Positions 51,662 to 61,800 are shown, numbered from the stretch's first letter. The stretch is 64,000 nucleotides of DNA from Promethearchaeia archaeon (GCA_029856045.1 JAHQWG010000016.1:480001-544000); one strand, 5' to 3'. The notes: generated by a model from the sequence alone, not told the origin. Program-made: numbers and translations.

Positions 51662-52198
51662 TTAAATCTTATAATAATTGAATATTAAACCATCTTCAAT
51701 TGAACCCCAATGAGCCATAGGTACCTGAAATTTCCTTTTAAAAACAATATTGTTTTTAATTAATTGATTATTAACTTCTTCTAAATCTACATCGTACTCT
51801 TTAGTATGAGTTATATAATAAGATAGAAAACCTCCTATCTTTAAAAGACGATTAACTTCTTGTAAAAACAAATGCCGGTCCTCTTTATTTAAAAGGTGAA
51901 ACACATCATAAATTAAAATAACATTGAGCGAATTATTTTCCAAGGAAACTGGAATCTCACCAGTAGTCACAATAATTTCAATATTTTTTATTTTTAAAGA
52001 ATTGATCTTTCTTCTTAATTCCTTTATTTTTTCTCCATTCTTATCAAGAGCAAAAATTTTACCAGTAGAACCGACAATTTTTGACGCAATTATTGAATAT
52101 ATTCCTGAACCACACCCAAAATCCAATACCTTTTGTCCTTTCCTAATTCCTACTTGCTTAAGAATATTTTCTCCTTCTGATTTTAACCATTTTTCCAT
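51662..52198 (-). CDS. Class I SAM-dependent methyltransferase
   Basis: VLDFGCGSG, ALD, RLLK.GG motifs. Confidence 0.9.
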   Translation of the reverse strand: MEKWLKSEGENILKQVGIRKGQKVLDFGCGSGIYSIIASKIVGSTGKIFALDKNGEKIKELRRKINSLKIKNIEIIVTTGEIPVSLENNSLNVILIYDVFHLLNKEDRHLFLQEVNRLLKIGGFLSYYITHTKEYDVDLEEVNNQLIKNNIVFKRKFQVPMAHWGSIEDGLIFNYYKI

Positions 52199-52287
52199 AA
52201 TATTGACAAATCTTAAAAAATAATTATTTTTTCTATAAAGTTTAATAATGGAATAAAAATAAAAAATAAAAAATTTTAAAATCTTTA

Positions 52288-52734
52288 CTAAAAATTTCTA
52301 TCTTCCTTTATAGAGCGTAGAACCACACAAACACTTTCGACTTGTTCTATATCTCCTCTTGCCTTGAATGATTCGACTAAAGCATCTAATTCTGCTAAAT
52401 CCGAGACATTTACTTTAATTAATAACCCACATCTTCCCGCTAAAGAGAAAATCTCAGCCAATTCTGGATATGGTCTTATATCTCTTATTAAATCTTTTAA
52501 ATTCTCAGATTTAGGGATTAGCGTCAGAAATGCACTGATTTTTTTTTCATCAAGATCTTCAGCTAACATAATTGTGAATTTATCAATGACTCCTTCTTCT
52601 TGAAGTTTAATGACTCTCTTTCTCACTGTGGATTCCGAGAGACCCACTTCATCCGCAATCTCTCTATATGGTCTTCTGGAATCTTCCATTAGCATTGTGA
52701 TTATTTTTCTATCAGTTTTATCTAATTTTTTCAT
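52288..52734 (-). CDS. Lrp/AsnC-family transcriptional regulator
   Basis: LD..DR.I...L..DSR....EIA..VGLS..TV..RV..L...GVI plus RAM domain. Confidence 0.95.
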   Translation of the reverse strand: MKKLDKTDRKIITMLMEDSRRPYREIADEVGLSESTVRKRVIKLQEEGVIDKFTIMLAEDLDEKKISAFLTLIPKSENLKDLIRDIRPYPELAEIFSLAGRCGLLIKVNVSDLAELDALVESFKARGDIEQVESVCVVLRSIKEDRNF

Positions 52735-52783
52735 CTTCGAAATAAACGCTCTGTTTGCTTTAATCTTTTAATTTTTATTAGTT

Positions 52784-53716
52784 TTATCTAAATTCCTTCA
52801 GTAAGGGCTCAAATAAGCGTTCATAATGGACTGCCATACAATGAATTCCTGCCGCGGCTGTAGATTTCTTAATCTCACGAATAAATGGAACAAAGAATTC
52901 AAGGTTTATCTCATCGATTTTTACTTTTCTTTCCTTTTTATCCTTAATGTTTTTCTTCACATGCTTTAAATTTTTTAGTAAATCTTCTGGAACTGACACT
53001 CCTGGTATAAATTTGTCGAAGTACGAAGCAATACCGTAATTTTTTAATGGGAATAATCCTAATAAAATTGGACAATTATATCGTGACAATTCTTTAATAA
53101 AATCTTTTGCATCATCTATATCAAATGCAGTTTGAGTTTGTATATAATCTGCACCAACTGCTACTTTTCTTCCGACCTTAAGAATTTCTGCTTCTCTGGG
53201 ACTTGCATTTGGATTGGCTGCAATCCCTACATTCATCTCAACTTTTCCAGTTTCAATTTCATTTCCATATATATCCGTATTCTCATCAATCATTTTACCT
53301 AGTAGATAAACAAATTGGGTAGAATCCAAATCATATACGGACTTCGCGCCGGGATTATCACCTAAGGCACTGTGATCACCAGTTAGAGCAAGTACATTTT
53401 TAATTCCTACACAAGCGGCAGCTAAGATATCCCCAAATAATGCAATACGATTTCTATCACGAACAGTCATCTGATATACTGTTTCAAGACCAACCTTTTC
53501 TTGAACTAGATATGATGGGATTAAACTATTAATATATGCCATTCCTTGTGGACCGTCAGTAACATTAGCTGCCACAACATATTCTTTCATAGCTTCTGCC
53601 GAGTGAATGATTTCACTTATATCAACCATTTTGGTTGGTTCAAGCTCTCCAGTAAAGACAAATTTGCCAGTTTTTATTTCCTTCATCAGATTACTGAAAG
53701 CTGGACGATCTCCCAT
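52784..53716 (-). CDS. metF: Methylenetetrahydrofolate reductase MetF (copy 1)
   Basis: TGELEP, NVTD, QMTVRDRNR, LALTGDH, K...GADYIQTQ, GIH.M motifs. Confidence 0.9.
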   Translation of the reverse strand: MGDRPAFSNLMKEIKTGKFVFTGELEPTKMVDISEIIHSAEAMKEYVVAANVTDGPQGMAYINSLIPSYLVQEKVGLETVYQMTVRDRNRIALFGDILAAACVGIKNVLALTGDHSALGDNPGAKSVYDLDSTQFVYLLGKMIDENTDIYGNEIETGKVEMNVGIAANPNASPREAEILKVGRKVAVGADYIQTQTAFDIDDAKDFIKELSRYNCPILLGLFPLKNYGIASYFDKFIPGVSVPEDLLKNLKHVKKNIKDKKERKVKIDEINLEFFVPFIREIKKSTAAAGIHCMAVHYERLFEPLLKEFR

Positions 53717-53717
53717 T

Positions 53718-54413
53718 TTACTTCTCCACCTCCTCTTCTTCTATTGCATTGGTATATTCTTGGATTAACTCCAAATGACCAGGTGATGTCATTAATCGAT
53801 AATCCTTTGGGGGCCTAAATTTATTAAAAAGGTCCAACCTATTAAACTTTTTTAATCGTTCGTAAATTTGTATCCATGCACAAGGATATTTATATCCTCC
53901 TACTTCGCAAAAACCGTCAACTTGTCCACCGCATGGACCATTATGGAGCCCTTTCGCGCAACTAGCTACTGGACAAATTCCCGCTGTTTCACCAAGCAAA
54001 CATTCTCCACAAGTATCACAATATTGTTCATAACGATTATCCCCGTGATTTTCAGAAGCTCCAAACATACTATCTTGAGCTGGAAAGGTAAGTGTATCCT
54101 CAAAAATCCTATTGAGCATAGAAACACCTAATCCACATGCAAGTGATACAATTGCCTCATATTCATCTAGATAGGGTCTAACTGTTGAGCCTGCAATTCT
54201 GTCATCACATTGTCGTAGTACTGTCATTGCTTTCCATGTCAATTTTTTACCATTCATTTTTGATTTAAGTTCCAACATTTGGCCTAAAACTTTTGCTTCG
54301 TTTATACTTCTTGGAGGTTGACAACAACCATCACAACCTGCAATGAGGATCTTTGAATATGGTTTAATCATTTCATAGATCTCATCAATATCTTTTAGTT
54401 TTGTAATTATCAT
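53718..54413 (-). CDS. metV: MetV (MTHFR Fe-S/Zn small subunit, copy 1)
   Basis: GC.GC, RQCD, ACG.G, C..CG.C.L..T.GICP...CAKGL.NGPCGG...G.CEV, CAW..IYERL. Confidence 0.9.
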   Translation of the reverse strand: MIITKLKDIDEIYEMIKPYSKILIAGCDGCCQPPRSINEAKVLGQMLELKSKMNGKKLTWKAMTVLRQCDDRIAGSTVRPYLDEYEAIVSLACGLGVSMLNRIFEDTLTFPAQDSMFGASENHGDNRYEQYCDTCGECLLGETAGICPVASCAKGLHNGPCGGQVDGFCEVGGYKYPCAWIQIYERLKKFNRLDLFNKFRPPKDYRLMTSPGHLELIQEYTNAIEEEEVEK

Positions 54414-54511
54414 CTATCTACACATTTTTAGTTTTTTCTCACAACTTAATATTTTAAAATATATTATCTTTTTTGATTAAATTTTTTTACTTATAAAACA
54501 AATTAAATAAT

Positions 54512-55399
54512 TTAAATTTCTATTTTCAATTTTTCCAGTAATTTTCTTGGTTTAATTGCTCTTTTCATTATGTCCATATTTTCACTTTTTGGATTGATTC
54601 CAAATGCTAGAGCCATAATCTCTGGTAAATGGATAACTGGAATCTCCATCGGTTTATCTGATTTTCGTGCAATTTTTCTTCCATGTAAATCATATTGACT
54701 TGTACATGCTGGGCAGACTGTTATTAGAGCATCTATTTGATTTTTAACCAAATCATTAAATTTTATCTCGCATAAGTTATCTCCAATATCTTCATTTAAC
54801 CTTGCACAATAACCGCAACAAGTGACTTTTTCAGCATATTGTTTAACCTCAGCACCTAATGTCTTTAAAATTTTATCCATCACTTCAGGACGTTCGGGAT
54901 CATCGAATTCCAAAATTTTACTTGGTCGAATTAAATGACATCCTGGATGTGAAGCTAATGTTATGCCTTCCAATGGAACTTTTACCGAATCCTTTATTTT
55001 TTCTAACATTTTTTTATCCGAAAGAATTTCTGTGATATGATATACCTTAGATGTTCCTCTAAATTCATAACCAATTTTACCTAAAATTTCATTAACCATG
55101 TCAAAGTATCTTTTATCTCTTTTTAACATCACATGAACGGTTTTTAATGTTTCAAAACATCCTGAACAAATAGTCATCACATTCAATCCCATCTTTTCTG
55201 CAATACAAAGATTCCTTGCACCTATTGTTAACCATGTTTCTATTCCTAACGATTGGATGGCAACAGGATCTGGGCAACAACTTGCTCCGTGCATCTCTTT
55301 TAATCCTATGCCTAAAATCTCACAATCCTTTCTAGCTGCTGCTTCTAATTGTGGAGATCTTAAAGGTATCATACATCCTAAGAAAAATGCATAATCCAT
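54512..55399 (-). CDS. hdrB: Heterodisulfide reductase subunit B
   Basis: Two CCG domains: FLGC, CCP, C.GC; GCH, CCG, CP.C. Confidence 0.93.
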   Translation of the reverse strand: MDYAFFLGCMIPLRSPQLEAAARKDCEILGIGLKEMHGASCCPDPVAIQSLGIETWLTIGARNLCIAEKMGLNVMTICSGCFETLKTVHVMLKRDKRYFDMVNEILGKIGYEFRGTSKVYHITEILSDKKMLEKIKDSVKVPLEGITLASHPGCHLIRPSKILEFDDPERPEVMDKILKTLGAEVKQYAEKVTCCGYCARLNEDIGDNLCEIKFNDLVKNQIDALITVCPACTSQYDLHGRKIARKSDKPMEIPVIHLPEIMALAFGINPKSENMDIMKRAIKPRKLLEKLKIEI

Positions 55400-55953
55400 T
55401 ATGTCTTAACCTCCTTTTTTTTTCCTTTCTTAGCATCTTCAAGAATTTTTTTTAGCCCTGTCTCTTTAACAATAAATTCAATTTCTTCTAAATTTGGTGT
55501 AACAATCTCTGGTAAATTAAATTTTTCTCTGTTTCTATCAATAGATTTTTTCATCATTCCAGCATAAGGGACCGTGAATCCATGTTCTAGGAGATTATTT
55601 ATGGTTATTTCATATTCTGGTGGCATATTTCCCTCCTTTACAGCCATATTTCGTAACAATGCTAGTATAAATGAATAATCTACATTTTTTGGACACCGTT
55701 CGGTACAGCGATGACATAAAGAGCAATACCATATTGCGTTACTATTAAGGATTTTATCTTTTAAACCCAGCAATAGACAAGCAACAACTCTATGGGGCTG
55801 TAAATCTATATACTCCGATACTGTACAGCTACTACTACAGATACCACATTGAATGCATGCTAAAAGAGATTTAGCGCCAATCTGATTACTAATCTGGTAT
55901 CTTAAATCAGAAATTAAATCTGTTGATTTAATTATTTCTTGTGTTTTTTCCAT
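55399..55953 (-). CDS. hdrC: Heterodisulfide reductase subunit C
   Basis: CIQCGICSSSC and W.CSLCHRCTERCP 2x[4Fe-4S] motifs; TAATG coupling to hdrB. Confidence 0.93.
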   Translation of the reverse strand: MEKTQEIIKSTDLISDLRYQISNQIGAKSLLACIQCGICSSSCTVSEYIDLQPHRVVACLLLGLKDKILNSNAIWYCSLCHRCTERCPKNVDYSFILALLRNMAVKEGNMPPEYEITINNLLEHGFTVPYAGMMKKSIDRNREKFNLPEIVTPNLEEIEFIVKETGLKKILEDAKKGKKKEVKT

Positions 55954-55954
55954 T

Positions 55955-58900
55955 TTATGCCTTCACCTCCGGTGTTAAAGGACCTATTTCTTTAACTTTA
56001 TTTATAAATTCTTTCATAACCTCTGCAAATATTTTACCTTCACTCGCTGAAATCCATTCAAGCCGGAGTCTTTCAGTGTCAATACCTAATTTTGTAATTA
56101 TATTTTTAATCTCATTAACTCTCCTTAATGTATCATAATTTCCCGCAATATAATGGCAATCACCAATGTGACACCCACCAATAAATACCCCATCAGCTCC
56201 GTTCAAAAATGCTTGTAAAATGAAACTTTTAGGAAGGCGTCCAGAACACATTACTCTTATTGGTCTGACATTTGTTGGGTATTGAAATCTACTCACTCCG
56301 CATGTATCTGCACCTGCATAACTACACCAATTACAGAGAAAAGCTACAATTCTTGGGCGTTCATCTACAAAATCGCCTTTCACAGCTTCAATGATCATGG
56401 GCTCAATTTGTTCGTCACTAAAGTGGCTCATTGTAATTGCATCTGCTGGACATTCTGCAGAACAATCACCACACCCTTTGCATAATAGTGGATTTACTTC
56501 AGAAATCATCTTACTACCATCAAGAGGAACTCCTATTGCACCAAAACTGCAAACTTCAGCACATCTATTACAACCAATACATAACGCAGGATTCACATGA
56601 GAAATAATGGGCTCATTTTCTACTTCTCCTGTTATTAATGGAATTAATGCATGAGATGCTGCAGCTCGTCCTTGACTAATCGAATCAGCAATACCCTTTG
56701 GACCATGTGCAGTACCACATAAGAATATTCCATCCGTTGCAAAATCAATTGGTCTTAATTTGATATGTGCTTCAAAAAAGAATCCATGTTCATCAAGTGG
56801 AACTTTTAATAACTCTGCCAATCTTTTATTTCCTTCGTTTGGAATTAATGGTGCAGATAAAACGACTTTATCAGCCTTAATATGCAAATTTGTTTGAGTT
56901 AACATATCATGTACTTTTACAGTTATATTATCATCATTAAAATCCAACTCAGGATATTCTGAAAATCGAAGATAATTAATATTTTCTCTCGCTTTCCAAT
57001 AATATTGCTCTTCCTCAGTTCCAATTCTAATATCACGATATAATACAAAAATATTCGAATTAGGATAATTTTCTTTCACATACAATGCATGACGTATAGA
57101 TTCACTACAACATATGAGAGAACAATAAGTCCTTCCCGTTTCTTGTCTTGAACCGACACAGTGAATGAATACCAAAGTTTCTCCATCTTTTAATTCATTA
57201 TTGCGTAATTTCTCTGATAATTCTAATTGCGTAAAAACCCTTGGATCTTTCCCGTAATTATACCAATCCGTAGGTTTATATTCTGAAGCACCAGTTGAAA
57301 CTATAATAGCACCAACATTGACCTCTGTACGTTTTTTATCTGAATCTTCAATTGTGACTGTAAACTTACCGATTGATCCCTTTACATCAATGACATTTGA
57401 AGATAAATATACATTGATATTTTTCTTATCCTCATTAACCTCCTTGATAACTTTTGAAATAAATTCTCTGGAATCAATTCTATCAAAATTTATTTTGTAT
57501 ATAAGATTCAATTGACCTCCCAACTTATCCTCTTTTTCGACTAAATGAACTTTTAAACCGTGTTTTGCTATTTCTAAAGCTGCACTCATTCCACTTATAC
57601 CACCACCAATAACTAACGCTTCACGTACTACTTCTCCCTTAATTTTATACTCTGCACGTAAATTTCTAGCTCTTGCGACCCCCATTCTTATTAAATCTTT
57701 AGCCTTATCAGTCGCTTTTGCCATATCATTCATATGAACCCAAGAATCAAGTTCCCGAATACTCACGAAATTAAACAAATACGGATTTAACCCAACTTCA
57801 AGTAATGTATTTTGAAATAAGGGTTCGTGAGTTCTAGGAGTACAAGCGGCTACAATGACTCGATTTAAATTTTCTTCTACAATTTTTTCTTTTATTATCT
57901 CTTGTGTTTTTTCAGAACAACTATACATATTATACATTGCAAAAACAACATTAGGAAGCGTCTTTACATATTCTACAATTTCTTCAATATTCATATATCC
58001 CCCGATATTTGTGCCACATTCACATACAAAAACCCCAATTTTCGGTTCATCAAATGGAGAAATATATCTTAACGGGGGCAATTCTAATACTTTTTCCTCT
58101 TCAGGGATTGGAATTGCATACTGTGCAGCTAAAGCTGCAGCACCACTGGCTTTCGCTACTGAATTTGCAATATCATCTGGACTTTGACATGAACCTGTAA
58201 TAAATATACCTGGGATAGTAGATTTCAAATCTTCTAATGAATTTGCTGTTTTAAAGAATCCCAAATCATTAATTTCAATTCCAAGTATTTTGGCTAATTC
58301 TTTAGCATCTTTTCTTGGAATTACCGCGTTAGCCAAAATAACTAAATCAAACGTTTTTTCTTCTACTTCACCAGTATCTAAGTTTGCGTATTTAACTATT
58401 AAGTCATGAGTGATTGGGTCTTCTCTTATATCTCCGGGAATTCCCCGATTATATTTAACTCCATATTCCTCTTTTGCACGTTCAATAAATTCCTCTTGAT
58501 TTTTTCCAATAGTTCTTGTATCATTAAAGAATATTGTTGCAGAAACATCTGCAGCATGCTCTCTTGCAACAACGGATTCCTTGACCATATACATACAACA
58601 GAATTTAGAACAATATGCACAGATATCTACATTTCTTGAACCTACGCATGCAATAAATGCTAGATTTTTTGCGTGCTTTTTATCAGATATTCGAATTATC
58701 TCACCTCCAGTAGGTCCAGAAGCGCTTAATAATCGTTCAAACTGCATTCCAGTAATAATATTTTTATATTCACCGTAGTGATATCGAGCTAAAATACTCG
58801 GATCAATTAAATCAAAACCTGTTGCAACAATAATCGAAGCTATACCATATTCAATAATTTCATCTTTTTGTTCAAAATCGATTGCATCTGCAGTACATAC

Positions 58901-59401
58901 ATCAAGACATAGTTTACAAGCATTTTTTGTCAACCATAAACACTTTTCAGGGTCAACTGTTGCTTTTCGTGGAACCGCCTGAGGAAATGGAATGTATATA
59001 GCTCTTCTATCTCCCATACCTTCTTCAAATTCATTAGGTATTTTTCTCATTGGACATTTCTCAGAACACTCTTCACAGCCTGTGCATTTATCTACATCTA
59101 CATATCGTGCTTTTTTTATTACTTTCACTTTAAAATCTCCAACTTTCCCCGAAACTTCACTAACTTCTGAATATGTTAAAAGTTCAATATTAGGATGTCG
59201 CGCAACTTCAACCATTTTAGGAGCTAAAATGCAAATAGAACAGTCTAAAGTAGGAAATGTTTTATCCAATTGAGCCATTCTTCCTCCGACAGAAGGAGAT
59301 TTCTCCACTAATATCACGCGATATCCTTGTTCGGCTAAATCTAAAGATGCACTTATTCCCGAAATTCCACCACCAATAACTAAAATATTACTGCTTTTCA
59401 T
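55955..59401 (-). CDS. hdrA: Tandem HdrA-HdrA-MvhD fusion flavoprotein
   Basis: Two GGGISG FAD domains, two CVGSR...YCS..CC motifs, ferredoxin inserts, C-terminal MvhD (FLCNWCSYAGAD, RVMCSGR, GC..GDCHY, W.SASE). Confidence 0.93.
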   Translation of the reverse strand: MKSSNILVIGGGISGISASLDLAEQGYRVILVEKSPSVGGRMAQLDKTFPTLDCSICILAPKMVEVARHPNIELLTYSEVSEVSGKVGDFKVKVIKKARYVDVDKCTGCEECSEKCPMRKIPNEFEEGMGDRRAIYIPFPQAVPRKATVDPEKCLWLTKNACKLCLDVCTADAIDFEQKDEIIEYGIASIIVATGFDLIDPSILARYHYGEYKNIITGMQFERLLSASGPTGGEIIRISDKKHAKNLAFIACVGSRNVDICAYCSKFCCMYMVKESVVAREHAADVSATIFFNDTRTIGKNQEEFIERAKEEYGVKYNRGIPGDIREDPITHDLIVKYANLDTGEVEEKTFDLVILANAVIPRKDAKELAKILGIEINDLGFFKTANSLEDLKSTIPGIFITGSCQSPDDIANSVAKASGAAALAAQYAIPIPEEEKVLELPPLRYISPFDEPKIGVFVCECGTNIGGYMNIEEIVEYVKTLPNVVFAMYNMYSCSEKTQEIIKEKIVEENLNRVIVAACTPRTHEPLFQNTLLEVGLNPYLFNFVSIRELDSWVHMNDMAKATDKAKDLIRMGVARARNLRAEYKIKGEVVREALVIGGGISGMSAALEIAKHGLKVHLVEKEDKLGGQLNLIYKINFDRIDSREFISKVIKEVNEDKKNINVYLSSNVIDVKGSIGKFTVTIEDSDKKRTEVNVGAIIVSTGASEYKPTDWYNYGKDPRVFTQLELSEKLRNNELKDGETLVFIHCVGSRQETGRTYCSLICCSESIRHALYVKENYPNSNIFVLYRDIRIGTEEEQYYWKARENINYLRFSEYPELDFNDDNITVKVHDMLTQTNLHIKADKVVLSAPLIPNEGNKRLAELLKVPLDEHGFFFEAHIKLRPIDFATDGIFLCGTAHGPKGIADSISQGRAAASHALIPLITGEVENEPIISHVNPALCIGCNRCAEVCSFGAIGVPLDGSKMISEVNPLLCKGCGDCSAECPADAITMSHFSDEQIEPMIIEAVKGDFVDERPRIVAFLCNWCSYAGADTCGVSRFQYPTNVRPIRVMCSGRLPKSFILQAFLNGADGVFIGGCHIGDCHYIAGNYDTLRRVNEIKNIITKLGIDTERLRLEWISASEGKIFAEVMKEFINKVKEIGPLTPEVKA

Positions 59402-59472
59402 AATAACTCAATTTTTTTCAAGGTTTTTTAAAATTAAATCAAATTATTTAATAGTTAATACTAAATTAAATT

Positions 59473-59488
59473 AATTAAGTACTTAATT
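59473..59488. promoter_or_regulatory. Perfect 16-bp palindrome AATTAAGTACTTAATT upstream of hdrA
   Basis: Lies about 20 nt downstream of a minus-strand TTTAAATA (59509-59516), i.e. over the expected TSS. Confidence 0.4.
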
Positions 59489-59997
59489 TTATACAAGATC
59501 GTTAGTTATATTTAAAATTTATTCTTTTTTTTGTAAAATTTCGATTTTTTTAGTAATTCTTTTTCCTATTTTTGTATATAATTAATAAAAAGTATATTAT
59601 TGACTTATTAAAATGAGAAAAAAAATATGCTCTAATTTGATCTTTTATGATAAATTTAATGGCGAGATCTAAAAATAAAATTTAAAATCCTCGACATAAT
59701 TTTTAAATTATTTTAAAGATTGATTTATTAATCTCAAGGTTGATCTGTTAATTGCTAGAATGATATGTTTAATATTAGAATTATTAAATGTATATTATCA
59801 ATGATATAAAAATTAATTTCAAATATGACTCTTTTTTGAGTTTTTGAAATAAGATATTATTTGATCTTTTCCAAAATTGATCATTTTATTATCGTAACTT
59901 AAAATTAAAATTATCAAAAAACTTAAATTGACTATTTTATTTTCCTACATAGTTATTCTATTATAATTATAAAAAGAAAAAGAATATTGTCGTAAAT

Positions 59998-60663
59998 ATG
60001 ATTGTTACAACTAAAAAAGATTTTGAAGAAATTGAAGATGCACTAAAAAGCTATAACAATATTATGTTGATATATTGTGGTACATGTTCTGTTACTTCTC
60101 AATGTTCAGATGAAAAATCTGTAAATGAAATGTTGGAAAATCTCAAAAATGCAGGAAAAAACGTAGTTTATCATCAAGAGTTTAAAGAACCTTGCGATTT
60201 TAGACAGGATCTTCAAGATTGGAGGAATGTTCCACAAGAGGCCTTAGATAAAGTTGATGCATTTCTCATTTTATCTTGTGGAGCTGGTCTTCAAGCAATG
60301 CTTGATTTGTTTGATAGAAAAAACATTGCTAAGCCAATCTTTATAGGTTTAAATACGCATGGAATTGCTGAAACCGAACGTATCGGTCGTTTTCACGTAA
60401 AATGTGCTGGTTGTGGTGATTGTTTGTTAAATTACACCGGTGGAATATGTCCAGTAACCTCTTGCGCAAAAGGTCTAATGAACGGTCCTTGTGGCGGTCA
60501 ACTCGATGGCAAGTGCGAAGTAGGAAAATACGAAAAGGATTGCGGGTGGATTTTAATATATGAGCGTTTGAAAAAAATTGGGCGTTTGGATTTATTTGGA
60601 CAGCTTAGACCTGCTTTCAATTGGGCTGATAGAGGTCATCAAAAAAGTGTAGTATTTAGGTAG
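59998..60663 (+). CDS. metV: MetV (copy 2)
   Basis: CGTC, CD, SCGAG, CAGCGDC.L.YTGGICP...CAKGLMNGPCGG...GKCEV. Confidence 0.9.
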   Translation: MIVTTKKDFEEIEDALKSYNNIMLIYCGTCSVTSQCSDEKSVNEMLENLKNAGKNVVYHQEFKEPCDFRQDLQDWRNVPQEALDKVDAFLILSCGAGLQAMLDLFDRKNIAKPIFIGLNTHGIAETERIGRFHVKCAGCGDCLLNYTGGICPVTSCAKGLMNGPCGGQLDGKCEVGKYEKDCGWILIYERLKKIGRLDLFGQLRPAFNWADRGHQKSVVFR

Positions 60664-60677
60664 GAGGTTAGAAAAAA

Positions 60678-61610
60678 ATGGCAGAAAAAAAAGTTTATTC
60701 AAAATTGGGCGAAATGTTAGCTAAAGGAGAATTTATTTTAACTGGAGAATTGGAGCCAGAAAAAACTTGTGACCTCTCTCATACAATTCAGGAAGCTAAG
60801 GAAATGGCGCCTTATGTGGTAGCTGCAAATGTAACTGATAGTCCTTTAGGGATCGTTACAATTAATTCATTGGCAGCTTCTCATATCATCCAAAAGGAAG
60901 CAAATATTGAGGTTATTTGGCAATTAACCGTTAGAGATGTTAACAAGCTTGGCATTGCTGGCATGATCATGGGCGGACACGCTTTGGGGTTAAGAAATAT
61001 CCTCTCACTCACTGGGGATCATCCTAACATGGGTGACATGCCTGAAAGCAAACCAGTTTTTGACCTTGATTCCGCAACATTATGCATGCTTGTGAGGGAA
61101 ATGGTCGACAAGGGCACAATAAACGGTTACGAGATCGAGTCTCCTCCAAAGTTTCATGTTGGGGCTGCTGCAAACCCCAATTCGAACCCCATGGAGGCGG
61201 AAGTCTTGAAAATTGGGCGTAAGGTAGAGGCGGGATGCGAATTTATTCAAACCCAAGTTGCGTATGATCTCGAAAAAACAATAGAATTTCTTACCGCACT
61301 TAAAAAATATAACATTCCAGTGTTATTGGGCATCTTTCCAATGAAGTCGTACGCTATGGCAAAAGGTTTTGATACTTTTGTTCCTGGAGTTGATGTACCT
61401 AAGGACATTCTTGCGAAATGGAAATCCATCAAAAATGATTATAAAACGGACAAATCCAAGCAAAAAGAAATGTATGACCAAGCTAACTATGAATTTTTCA
61501 ACCCTTTCATAACAGAGCTCAAGAAAAAAGAATTATTAGGTGGCGTTCATTGTATGGCTGTTCATTATCCGCGCATATTTCCGAAATTAATAGAAGTAAT
61601 TAAGGATTAA
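60678..61610 (+). CDS. metF: Methylenetetrahydrofolate reductase MetF (copy 2)
   Basis: TGELEP, ANVTD, QLTVRD.N, LTGDH, FIQTQ, GVH.M; co-linear with copy 1. Confidence 0.9.
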   Translation: MAEKKVYSKLGEMLAKGEFILTGELEPEKTCDLSHTIQEAKEMAPYVVAANVTDSPLGIVTINSLAASHIIQKEANIEVIWQLTVRDVNKLGIAGMIMGGHALGLRNILSLTGDHPNMGDMPESKPVFDLDSATLCMLVREMVDKGTINGYEIESPPKFHVGAAANPNSNPMEAEVLKIGRKVEAGCEFIQTQVAYDLEKTIEFLTALKKYNIPVLLGIFPMKSYAMAKGFDTFVPGVDVPKDILAKWKSIKNDYKTDKSKQKEMYDQANYEFFNPFITELKKKELLGGVHCMAVHYPRIFPKLIEVIKD

Positions 61611-61800
61611 ACTCTTTTTTTTCTTTTTTTCCTAATCTATGAAAATTTAATGGAGATTTAAAGCTTGAAAAAAATTAAATTCTTTATTTTTAATCGATTC
61701 TTTCTCCGAAATTGAAAGTAGGTTTTATAAACTTTACCAAATCCTCCTTTCTGAGAAAAATCATTTATTTTATATATTTTGCAATATTCACCTAAATGTA

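Noticed and set aside
52784-61610. Selenocysteine recoding or SECIS in hdr/mvhD/met genes
   Set aside because: All frames are open with Cys at the relevant motifs; no in-frame TGA
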